A DNA stretch of 53,899 nucleotides, counting the filler, from Jimgerdemannia flammicorona (lineage: Eukaryota), in the NCBI GenBank assembly GCA_003990765.1. It is 3 parts of 3 records of this genome, joined end to end, with 100 filler letters (N's around TTAATTAATTAA, not from the genome) between each part and the next. Parts side by side here need not be neighbours in the genome. Positions count along the whole stretch, not along the records: positions 18,002 to 35,902 come from RBNJ01002369.1; positions 36,003 to 53,899 come from RBNJ01002370.1; 1 more part is not named here. One strand, written 5' to 3'. The number at the start of each line of letters is the position of its first letter. Position 1 is the stretch's first letter. A program made the position numbers and the translations under genes. Positions 25,899 through 37,899 of the stretch are shown in pieces. A model generated the notes under the pieces. The model had not been told where the DNA came from. It made no database searches and saw only the letters and a program-made list of their open reading frames with translations.

Positions 25899-27366
25899 TT
25901 TTTTTTTTTTTTTTATAGTCACTTGGACTTTGCTATTTATTACCATTCTATAGATAATAATTACAGTATCTCCTCCCACTACCCAATCCCCCTAGAGGGG
26001 TCCCCCTCTATCTCTTCATACTTGAAGTATATCCTCTTGCCTACTACTCCAACTCTCCCCTCACTCTGTCTACAGATTTTGTCAACTAAACTATGCCACC
26101 AACCACTCTGCAGGCCCCAACCAAGCCACCAGCCCATCAAGATGTCCTCCATCAGCCCTTACCATCTCAACAACTATGCCCTCAATCCTAGTCTCCTCTC
26201 ATCCTCAAAAATAAACAACCAGTGATCTGCCAACCCTACTTATATAGCTATAACCCAATCTAAAGTGAGTCACTCTGACCTAACCCCCCTAACCAATCTA
26301 TCTCACAAATCCTCCCAATGATCTCTTACATTAACTCCCCTATGCATAGTACCCTGTCAATGTCTGACCTCTGCCAAGTACCTCACACTCTTCCAGCCAA
26401 TGTTTAGATGTCTGCACAAAACCTCCTTCCTGCTCTACATTATAGCACTTGTCACAGTCAAAGTTTCCCCTTGACTAGATAGCCTAAGCAGAAGTTGAGC
26501 ATGACATTTCTCTACAACAAGTATCACTAGACCACTCAGTACATTGGTGGCAACCATCACCTGACCTCTGTACTCCAGGCCCAGACCCTATTCTAATCCC
26601 ACTTCTCCCCAATATCTGTCTACTGCCATCCATCTGATTACAAATCCTGTCCTAATCCCCTCTAATACTCTACCCCATCACTAATATTGAAATTGAGTAA
26701 TGAGATACCTCCCAACAGTACACTGTCTCATTGCGACATCACAGGGCCCCAAGACATCTCCCCTTCATCTCTCTGCCAGTGAATTCCAATATGGTATACC
26801 CCATCTACAATCCCCACCAGAATCTCTTATACCATATATGATCATTATTCTGAAGCCTGACCAAGGCCAGTAGATTACCTGTGGAGCCTCATCTCCCAGA
26901 CCTTCTTCATCAGGAGAACCCAGCTACTATTTCTCATCTCTACCACTCTCTTCAACCACTATGCTCTCAGACAATGCAGCCTCTTTGGAAAGTCAACTTG
27001 TCCCAGACCGTCTCTAGCAACTAGTAGAGATAGGATTTTCCAACCAATTAGACTTCTCCTCCCAGCCCAGATGCAACTCTTGGCCAGTTTCAATAATTAC
27101 TTCACCACCCAGACTGGTAAGTTCAGATAATAAGTCAAATACCATAGCTTCAATAGCCAGTAGACATTCAAAATAGAGACATACCCAGCTAGAGACAGCT
27201 GGTGACCACTCCAACTCCACAGGGCCTCTTTCCAGATTGTAACTTACTGCTCCCACTAAGTTCTAGATAAGACTGATCCATAAACCAAGAGTTTTTTTTT
27301 TTTATAATCACTTGGACTCTGCCCTTTATTACCAATCTATTAATAAGAATATAGCATTCCTTCCCA

Positions 27367-30300
27367 CTATCCGATCCCCATAGGGGAACCTCTCCCCACC
27401 TCCTCCCAAACAAAGACCACCTTCTCGCCCACTACTCCAACCCTTCCCCTACTCTGCCTACAGATTTTCTCCACCAATTGATCCCTCTGACCACCCTGCA
27501 ATCCCCAACCCTGCCACCAGCCAGTCAAAGTGTCCTCCATAAGACTATGCCACCACAGCAGCCAGACCTCCAAGCCTAGCCTCCTCCCCTCTTCAAAAAC
27601 AAAAAGCCAGTGGCTGGCCAGCCCCACTCATATGGCAAGAGCCCAGCCTAATGTGATCTATTCTGTTCCCACCCCCTCCACCAGTCTATCCCTCAGATCC
27701 ACCCACTGCCCCCATATGTCACCTCCCAGGTTTCCTACCCCCAAATGAACCCCAACGGTCTGCCAAAAGTCACCAAGTAACTCTCCTAGCCAATGTTCAG
27801 ACATCTACACATATCCTCCTTCCATTCCCACATTATAGCACTCCTCACAGTCGAAGCAACCTCTCTCAATAAGATGACCTGAGCAGTAGTTGAGCATTAC
27901 ATTCCTCCTCAGCATGCACCACCAGATCACCCAGTACTTTGGTGGCATCTATCTCCTCACCTTTGCACTCTACGCCCAAATGTCACACTAGGCCCAATCT
28001 TCTCTGATTCCAATACCTTACTAACCACTGGGCCACAGATCCTGGCCTGGTCCCCTCTGGCAATCTATCCCATCACTAATGTCAAACTCAAGTAAGAGAG
28101 TGCCGCCCAGCAGTACTCAGTCCCATCTCCACATTGCCTGGTCCCAATCTACCTCCCCTTCATTTCCTTGTCAACGAATGCCAATACAGTGCACCCCTTC
28201 TGCTACCCCCACCAGAAGTCTCTATATCTCAATTGTGCAGTATTCCTAAGACCAACCAAAGGTAGGAGGTCTCCAGTTGAGCCTTGCGGTGAGGTCCTCA
28301 TCTCCCAGACCTTCTGCAGTAGGGGTACCCAATCTCCCCCTCTCAGCTCCACAGCTCTCTTCATCCACCATGCTCACAAACAGTAAAGCCTCTTAGGAAA
28401 GTCAACTAGCCCAAGTCCACCACTTGCCACCAGCAGAGACAAGACCTCTCAGCTCATCTAACTCCTTCTTCCAGCCCAGATCCATCTCTTGGCCAGCTTC
28501 AACAATCTCTGCACCACCCAGGCTGGGAAGTTCAGATAATATGCCAGATACCACAACTTCGGTAACCACTATATATTCAAAATCATGACACACCCTGCTA
28601 GGGAGAATTGGTGGCCCCCCCAACTCTGCAGGGCCTCTCCCCAGATTCCAACCTACTGTTCCCACCAAAGCCTGGGTAGAACTGATCCATATGTCAACAG
28701 AAAGATACCCAAGTACCTTACTGCCTCACCAGCAGGAATAATTATTCCAATAACCTCTCCTCCCACCAGACCATTGCCTAACACCATTGTCTCACACTTA
28801 TGCCAGTTGAGCTTTACCCCAGAATTCTTCTCATACCACTCTACTGTCTCCTTGAGATTCTTGACATCTGCAATCGATCCCAGTCTGACCACCATATTAT
28901 CTGCAAAGGCCCCTACTTTCCACCCAATGCCAAAGATGGAGAGCCCCACTATCTTCCACCTGATTCTATCCATTAAGGGTTCCAGTAACAGGGCATATAG
29001 AATGGGAGACAGTGGGTCCCCCTAGAGTACCCCCCTGCCCAGGGGAAATGCTACCCCTCTATGTCCATTACACATGAGCATGGCCCTACTCCCTTCCAGT
29101 AGGCTGATTATCGCTGACTGGAACTAGTGTGGAACCTCAGTCCTATCCAATACTTTCACCAACCAGACTCACTGCACCCAGTCATAAGCCTTCTCCTGGT
29201 CCAAAAAGACCAGGTGCCCATCCAATACACATGCTTGTACCCCTTCAATAACTCCATGTACCCAGGCTATGCCATCCTTAATGAGCCGGCCTCCTACAAA
29301 AACCCCACTGCTCAACACCCAAGACTTGCTGGGCCACCTTTTGCAGTCTCATGACCACCACCTTAGTAACCAACTTTCTGTCCATATCTAGCAGCATAAT
29401 CGGCTGCCAATTCTTCTAATCCTCTTGCCTTCCTTTGTTCTTGTAAAGCAATGTCACCAATCCCAGATCCTGTTCTCTCACCCATTTCCCTGTCTAGAGA
29501 ATTAAATCACACAGTACCATCATCTCTCCCAGTACTCCTGGGATCTCCACCATCTTCTTCCAGAAGTCCCAGGGCAAACTGTCCTCTCCAGGCACCGTAC
29601 CTGGTGATGTTACAGCAAGAACCTGGTGGATCTCCTCTTCTTGTACAGGCAGCACCAAGTCTCCCACCCCATCTATGCACAGGGGGTGCCAATCCTCTAA
29701 TGTATGGTCAATGGCCTTGGCATCCACACCACCCTCCTTCTTACTCCACAAACCACTCCAATGCTCCTTCAAAGATCCAAGAATGTCATGTATACCATGC
29801 ACCAGTATACCATCTGAGTCAAACACTCCCTCTCATCTCTGTTGCACCCTTCTCACCTGAAGGGCTCTCAAGAGATACTTTGAGGGTCTCTCTCCTTCTT
29901 CCAAACCCTTCTAACAGAGATGTGCCACCAAGCTTTGCACCTTTGCCTCTTCCTCCTCCCGCAATATCTGTTGCAGTTCACCAACCTCCTTTTTCGCCCT
30001 CATAGATCTCCAATTCTCCTCCCTCTCCAATGTTACTAGCCTCACCCAATCCTCTAAAAGCCTAGATAGTCTATTAGATCCCCATTGCACTCATTGCCTC
30101 TGCTGTTTCCCAGCCTCCTTGCCAGCCTCACTCCAGTAGGTTCTGGCCATCTCTTTCATTTGTAACCACCAAACACAAACTGGGGCACCTTCTCGTCTCC
30201 AGTACTCTACCCTCAGCTGAATGTCTGCAGCCCCCTCATCCCACCAGACCTTATCATCTAACAATGAGGAATTGAGGCACCAATGTCCAGACCCATCCCC

Positions 30301-31017
30301 ACTCCCCCCAAGCTGCCCCTGTCCCAAAAGCCTCCAATTATCTGACCAAGGACACCATTCCACCTCCAGTAACTTCCAAACATCCAAGCCCCAGCAGCTG
30401 GCCATCAGGATCCAGTTGATCCTCATCTCCAAGCCACCTGCCCAATATGTGTATACCCTCCTATCCCCCCAGCACTCCCTGCCTGCATCCACCAGAGCAC
30501 TCAGCCTTTCTACTTCCTCTCATGCTGCCAGTCCACCACTCTGACCCTCAGCTCCCTGCCCTCTATCTGTTCTGTCCAATAATACATCTTGGACCATATT
30601 GTAGTCTCCACCCAGTATATCCACTCCAGCCTCCATCAGGATCCAACTCTCCTGAAGGCCCTTCACCCAATCCACATGCTCACCCTGTACCACAGGGCAG
30701 TAGCAAGAACCCACTGTGACTGGCTCCCATCCTGAATGTATCCACTAACCCCAGACCAATCTATCTCCCCAGCTCTGCATGTCCCTTATCTCTCCTCTGC
30801 CTATCCTTACCAGAATCCCAACCTTGTCTTTCCAAACTGCCTCACCTCCCCATTCCTTTGTCCATTTTAGTCTATCCAAATTCTCATCACATATGACATC
30901 CTGCAAGAGGAAGAGATCAGCCTCCAATCCCTTCAGCCAAGTAAAAATGTTCCTATGTCAAACCACACCCCATAGCCCATTTACATTTAAAGAGAAAATG
31001 TTGGTTATACTATTCAT
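27367..31017 (-). pseudogene. LINE ORF2, copy F (~1217 codons, disrupted)
   Basis: MNSITNIFSLNVNG start; LFLLQDV, ILGGDYN, WCPWSDN, VGAFADNM, YLGI; ends GSPMGIG*. Confidence 0.88.
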
Positions 31018-31049
31018 ATTGAAGTATTGCATATTTATCCAGTCCAATC

Positions 31050-33073
31050 CTACTGCTCTATATTCATCTCATCCTGAGCCAAATCCAGATTATGTTCTGC
31101 AATCACTGCCTCCTCCTCTGCCCACTGAACCTCTAATTCTACCAATAATTCATTCATCTCCCCATCTGCCTTCTTCTCAAACTCCTCACAGTACTCCAGG
31201 CAGGCCTCCTGCCAGAGCTACAGTCCATGTTACTTGGCCCAACAGTATTTGGCCCTCTCACCAGCAACCCCTGCTAGCTCAGTCTCCTGCTCCTCATCTA
31301 CTTCATATCCTTCCTCCTCCAGATACACTGCAAGAATCTCCACCTTCAATGCCAACTCCACATCTTCCCCCTGCAGGACCTGCACCCAATGCTCATCACT
31401 CATCACCCTCAAGTCCACCTCTCCCAGCTCATCAGCCACCAGATTATTCATCATTCTACACATCCAGATTAGGTTTCCTACCTCCTTCTCTCCTGGGGTT
31501 ACCAGTTGCCTACCCTCCAACATCGTGGTATCAGCCACAGCACTCGCAGCCTCATCTCACACCTCCAGGATATCCACCAGTTCCTCCTCACCAACGGCCT
31601 CCACCTGTCCCCCATTCGCCACCTCGAGAACTCCAAATTGCACTTGCTGAGCCCCCTTTTTAGGCACATCCTCTTCCACCCTGTGCTGGGAAGCCAGACC
31701 TCTCCTGATAAGAGGGATGGGGGTAGGCAATCCCTCCCAGTCTTCTTCCCAGACCTTGAGCATACCATCAGCATATGGGTCACTGCTAGCTGCCTTCCTG
31801 CCCTCTCCTGATCCATTCCCTGCACCCCTACTATCTTCACCAGCCCCGATGCTTGCTTTGGCACCCTCTGTTTCCCCCATTCCACCTGCCTTCTTCTGTG
31901 GTCAACTCCCCATCTTGGCCAGTAGTTCCTTCTGGTGCTTACATCTCTGAGCCTTTTCCCATTGCACCTTGTCCACTCTAATCTACTTTCCATCTACCAC
32001 CTCTAAGTGTATTAACTCCTTGAAAGTCTTCCAAGCCTTTGCCCACCTCTCCACTGCTCTACTTAGTTCTTCTAGTACCTCCAGCAAGTCCTCTTCCTCC
32101 TCCTCACTCTCCTTTACCCTCATCACCTTGCACAAGATTGCCCCCCAGACCATCCCTGATGGCCAGTCCCTTGCCTTCCCAGTAGCTTCTTTTCCTGCCA
32201 GCTGAATCTGTACATCCACATCTCCTATCCTGAGTGAGGTCCCCTCCCAGACTCTGAACCCAATATCCACCACCTTGCCATACTCTGCCATGACCTCCTC
32301 AACTCTCCTTCTCATCTCCATTGCCATCACCATGGGTACTCCTTTCACCAGCAGTTGGACTACCCTAGGGTCCAACTTCAGACACTATGCCATTGGGACA
32401 CACACCTCCCCAACTATCAATCCAACCTTCAGTGCTTCCTCCAGAAGCTCAGCCTCCTCAAAACCAACCTCCACTCCCTCCTATCCTTTCAGGAACTTTT
32501 TAGATATAGCTCCAGCCACCTGCTTAGTGATAAGCCCCAGTACCATTTTTGTTGTCACCACAAGGCCCCAGAAGCACAATGTTACCATGAACACCAAAAT
32601 TGATTCCTTGAGTAATAGAGCCACTGCTAGGCCTATCACACCATCTGCCAAATCTCCTTATCTTCCAAGCCTCAGTCGCTCAGCCACACCATCAATGGTC
32701 ACATCTGGATTTTTTTCCAGATTAGCAGTCTTGTTACCATCCACCATCACGGTCCCCCCAGCCACTCCTCCCCCAGCTCCACTGCCCTCACCACCAAGAG
32801 CTGCTCCCCCATGGATGGCTGGTTTCTCCATTTCCTTGCCTTTTCACAGCCAGCCCTCCAGCCAGTCACCTGCTACCTCCCCTTCACCATCTCTGCAAAG
32901 CTTGCCCTACCAGACCCCTGTCCTCTCCTGCTGCCTCCTCCCCCACCTTGTCCTCCTGCCAACAACCCCCTCATGCCTCCCCCCAGACCAGGACCCCTCC
33001 CCACTTGCTTCCAGTCAAACATATTAGGGCCGCCTTGCCCAGTATGCACTACAGATTGCTTGTTGCTTGCCAT
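31050..33073 (-). pseudogene. LINE ORF1, copy F (~670 codons, disrupted)
   Basis: MASNKQ..Gly-rich..SFAEMVKG, QLLVKGVP..YGKVVDIGFRVWEG; ends MNIEQ* ~32 bp before the ORF2 ATG. Confidence 0.82.
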
Positions 33074-35888
33074 TACCTTAATACCTTTCTCCAATAAACG
33101 TCTTGAAAGTGTGTGGTAAAGTGTGTGTAACATGAGTGGTAGCTGAGAAAGGTGATAAACCAAGAGTTAAACACCTAGGTACCACACTGTCTCTCCAGTA
33201 GGAATAATTGTTCCAATGACATCCCCTCCCACCAGGCAATTACCTAACACACTTGTGCTAGTTAAGTTTAGCCCTAGAATATACTTCATACCACTCCTTG
33301 CCTTGAGTTCCTCCATATTGGCAATTGATTCCAGGCCAACCACTATGTCATCTATAAAGGCTCCAATCTTCTATCCAATACCCAATACTGAAAGCCCTAC
33401 TTTTCTGCTGAATCTTGTCCATCAATGGCTCCAATAAGAGTGCATACAAAATAGAGGACAGTGGGTCCCTTTGGGGGACCCCCCTACCTAGAGGAAAAGC
33501 CCCCCCTTAGTACCCATTGCACATGAGTGCCACTTGACTCCCTTCCAGCAGGCTGATTATTGCTACTCAGAACTGTTGAGGGATATCAATCCTATCTAGA
33601 ACTTTTGCTGACCAGACCCACCAGACATAGTCATATGCCTTCTCTTGATCCAGAAAAACCAGGCACCCATCCAGTCTACAGGCTTGTACCCCCCCAATAA
33701 TACCATGCACTCAAGCTGTGCCATCCCTAATGAGCCAGCCACCCACAAAGCCATACTGCTCCTCTCCCAATACCTACTAGACCATCTTCTGCAATCTTGC
33801 CACTACCAACTTAGTAACCAGCTTCCTGTCCATATCTAGCAGCATGATTGGCTGCCAGTTCCTCCATTCCTCTCTCCTGCCTTTGTCCTTATAGAGCAGA
33901 GTCACTAGTCCCAGATCCTGCTTGCCCACCCATCTCTCTGACCCTAGCACCAAGTCACACATCACCATCAATTCTTCTAGCACACCAGGGATTCCCACCA
34001 TCTTCTTCCAAAAGTCCCAGGGCAAGCCATCCTCCCCTGGTGCTGTGCCCAGCAAAGTTGCAGCAAGAATCTAGCAAATCTCCTCCTCCTGTACTGGTAA
34101 TACCAGGCTGTCTATTCCTCCTACCTGTAGTGGGTGTCAATCCTCCAAAGTATGGACAATAGCAGCCTCATCAGCCCCCTCCTCCTCCTCACTCCACAGA
34201 CCACTTCACTTCCTCTTTAACAATCTGAGAATGTCATATATACCATGCACTAGATATCTATCAGCATCTAATGCCCCCTCCCACCTCTGCTGAACTCTCC
34301 TTGCCCAAAGGGCCCTTGTGAGGAACTTAGAGATCCTCTCTCCTTCCTCCAGTCCCTGCCAATACAACCATGGTGCCAGACTCTGTACCCATGCCTCCTC
34401 CTCCTCTCTTACTACCAGTTGTAGCTCCTCAACCTTCTTCTGTACCCATAACAATCACCAGTCCTCCACTCCCTCTAGGGCCAACAGTCCAGCTCCATTC
34501 TCCAGAAGCCAAGCCAGCCTAGCAGAAGTCCATGCCACCCATCATCTCCTCTGTCTGCCAGCCATCTTACCAACCTCTCCCCAGTAGACCCTAGTAGCCT
34601 CCTTCAGCCATATCCACCTGATATCCACAGGGGCCCTCTCCCATACCCAACCCTCTGCTATCTGCTGAATGTCCACAGCCCACTTATTCCACAGCCCCTT
34701 ATTGTCCAGCAAAGAGGAATTTAGGTGCCAATATCCAGGCCCATCCCCACTCTCCCCAAAATGTCCTTGTCCCAACAACACCCAATGATCTGATCATAGA
34801 AACCACTCAACCTCCAGTAATTTCCAGATATCTAACCTCCTGCAGTCTGCAGTCAAGACCCAGTTGATCCTCGTCCCCAGACCTCTGGCCCAGTGTGTGT
34901 ATACCCTCCTATTGCTCTAAAATATCCTGTTAGTATCCACAAGCACACTCAGTCTCTCTACCTCCTCTCTTGCTTCCAGACCTCCACTCTGACTCTTAGC
35001 CCCCCTCTCTCCATTAGTTCTATCTACTAGTATATCTCAGACCATATTGAAGTCCCTGCCAAGTATATCCACTCCAGCCTCTGTAAGGGCCTCACTCTCC
35101 TGACCCAGTCTACTCACTCCCCTCATACAGCAGAATAGTTGCAAGACCCCACTGTAACTGACTCCCAACCTGCTCAAATCCACTCTCTCCAAACCAGCTT
35201 ATCTCCCCAGCTTCTTACCTATTATATACATCTCTCCTCTATCTCTTTAGACCAGAATCTCCACCTTGTCTTTCTATACAGCCTCTCCTCTCTATTCTTT
35301 AGTCCACTCCAGTTTATCCAAATCATCCTCACATCTGACATCCTGCAAAAGAAAGAGATCTGCCTCCTGTTCCTTCAGCCAAGCAAAAATGTTCTGAAAC
35401 TGATATGTACCCCAAAACCCATTGACATTGAGGGAAAAAATGTTGGTTGTACTGTTCATAAGAAATATTGTACAATTGAAAATGCATCCTCTACTGCTCC
35501 ATATCTCTCACCTCTCTTGCTAAGTCCAGATTATATTCAACAGACACTGCCTCCTCTTCTACCCTCTTAGTTTCCAGTCCCTCTAGCATCTCAGCCATTT
35601 CTCTATTCTCCTTTTTCTCAAAATCCTCATGATACTCCAGACAGACCTCTTGCCAGAGCTACAAATCATAATACTTCTTCTAGCAGTAGATGGCCTACTC
35701 ACTAGCAACAACTGCAAGCTCAGTCTCCCTTTCCTTATCTACCTCATATCCTTCCTCCTCCAGGAAAACCACCAGTATCTCTGCCCTTAATGCCTCCACT
35801 ACTCTATTGCCATGCAAGATTCTTATCCAGTGCTTATCACTCATCACTCTTAGGTCCACTTCTCCCAGTTCCTCAAGCTATAAGATTG

Positions 35889-35902
35889 TTTTTTTTTTTT
35901 TT
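35889..35902 (-). repeat. Poly(A) tail of a further LINE inserted into ORF1 of copy E (body lost at contig end)
   Basis: T run abruptly replaces host ORF1 sequence after AAGATTG. Confidence 0.6.
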
Positions 35903-36002
35903 NNNNNNNNNNNNNNNNNNNNNNNNNNNNNNNNNNNNNNNNNNNNTTAATTAATTAANNNNNNNNNNNNNNNNNNNNNNNNNNNNNNNNNNNNNNNNNN
36001 NN
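35903..36002. other. Artificial contig spacer N44-TTAATTAATTAA-N44
   Basis: Identical to 17902-18001. Confidence 0.97.
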
Positions 36003-36285
36003 CCTCAGCGTATCCGCAAAGCTCCTCCCCTGCTTCCCTCCAGCCCCCCCACCAGTGCCACTTCCACTGCCTGAGCCACCCTGCCCACTCGAGCCACCGA
36101 AGGACCCCATCCCCAAACCATACCCTCTCCCGACAGTCTGCCAGTCAAAGGCCCCAGGTCCACCCGACCTAGTACGCGCATCGGCTTACTTGCTGGTTGA
36201 CATTGCCTTAGTATCTTATCTCCAATAAAAGCTTCGAAAGTGTGTTGAAAAGTGTGTGTAACGTGAATTGTAGTGGAGAGAGATG
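36003..36285 (-). mobile_element. 5' end of LINE copy G (CpG-retaining)
   Basis: 5' end CATCTCTCTC at 36285; ATG at 36203; MSTSK*ADARTRSGGPGAFDWQTVGRG..RSFADTLR. Confidence 0.85.
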
Positions 36286-37899
36286 TGTAGAGTAAATAAA
36301 TCTCAGTTAGTTTAATTCTAAAAAACAAGTCTTCTTTACATACTCTTTATTTCTTTATATAAATTTCAGAATCTGCCATACTTGCACAGTTATGCTTCTG
36401 CTATATTACAATCTTTAGTTTATATATATATATATAATATCTCCTATCTACTGATTACAAAGTTCACATTATTAACTCTTATATAAGCTTTTACTCTTAG
36501 TCTATTCCAAAGAGCTCTTTTGATCTCTAACTAATTATCTTATAGAAATTATATTAGAAATAGCTAATTAGTTTTATTATAACCATAATCTATAAATATA
36601 TGCTAAAAAAGAAATCTTGATTATATAGTTAAATCTATATTATTAATCATAAGAGCTAATATCTCAGGCAACATAATAAGTTGATAAAAATCAACTTAAG
36701 TATCTTTTTTCTATCATTACTATATTTTTATAAAAAACTCTACTTATAGACACAAGTCAAACCAGATCTTAGTTCAGTAACTATATAATTAATATTATAT
36801 ATATAACTATTAATATTTTAAAATAAATAATAAGTTAATTTTTATTTCTTATTACTCATATTATAATCTCTTAATATATGTATATATATTAAACAGTTAG
36901 ACTAATATCTTTATTTCTAATATGTATATATTATACTATAATATAAGCAAATACTATCATATTTATTAACTTTAATTAATATAATAAATATTAGATTCTT
37001 ACCTAGTAAATAGATAATATTTTTTTCTCTCTTATCAAAATTATTAAAAATCTGAAACTTAATTATAATTTTAATCTACTATTATAACTAAAAGAGATAT
37101 TTAATGTATTATAACAAAGTGAATATATACTGGCAGAAGTATAGCTGATTTCTTTATCTTAATACTCAATCTTCTTTAACTCCTCAGAATTCTTAGATAT
37201 AGAGAGAGAAGAGTTTAAAGTGTATCTGCCTACAGGTTTACTAGTTTCTTATCTCTTTGCTTAAACTATTTCAATCTGAGGTTTATTTATTCTAGATACT
37301 AAAAATATTCATACAGGTTTACTAGCTATATAGCAGCTAAGTTAAGGCTTCTTTTTTTATATATTATTTCATATAGTTGAGAGATTAGTATATCTATAAA
37401 ATCTGTATATATAAGAGATTATTACATTTGTGCAATTTGTACAATTTTCCTTTTTATAAAATTATACAAATCATATAACTGAGAGATTAAGTGACTTCTA
37501 AACTATAATTCTATACTATATCAGAAATCAAATTTAGGTACTATAATTAAATATCTATTCTCTGATTGTTGTTCTTAATTTAGATCAACTATTACAATAT
37601 TCTTCTAAATATGTGATTTCACTTCTAAATAATCTTATTTAAACTCCCATACTTTGATTAATTATATATTCTTATACTGTATAATCTGCTCAATTATATT
37701 CTCTCAATAGTGTCTTTTTATCTGCTGAAAATCTCCTAAAACTACTTCACAGAAATGGGTCAGGATATACTCATTATTTTTGAAAGTTTGTAGACCTACT
37801 TGACTATAGAGATCAGAGTATCAGATATCTGACATTTTGTAATCTATTCTTCTTCAGTTATGTCCTTTTGATTTAGCAATTTTCTGTACTTAAAGTACT

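Larger units (their letters stand above)
27292..33154 (-). mobile_element. Full-length LINE copy F (~5.86 kb) nested in the RT of copy E
   Basis: Perfect TSD ATAAACCAAGAG(TT) starting at 27280 and 33155; T tail 27292-27303; 5' end CACCTTTCTC; longer residual ORF fragments and more CpG than its host. Confidence 0.95.
25899..35888 (-). mobile_element. LINE copy E (25899-27291 plus 33155-35888), host of copy F
   Basis: T16 tail plus 3' motif at 25899; RT sequence is colinear across the removed insert; continues through APE into the ORF1 C-terminus. Confidence 0.9.

Noticed and set aside
35889..36285. Poly(T) before the gap and LINE 5' end after it read as one element
   Set aside because: Different contigs; no TSD (AAGATTG is absent after 36285) and host copy E does not resume.
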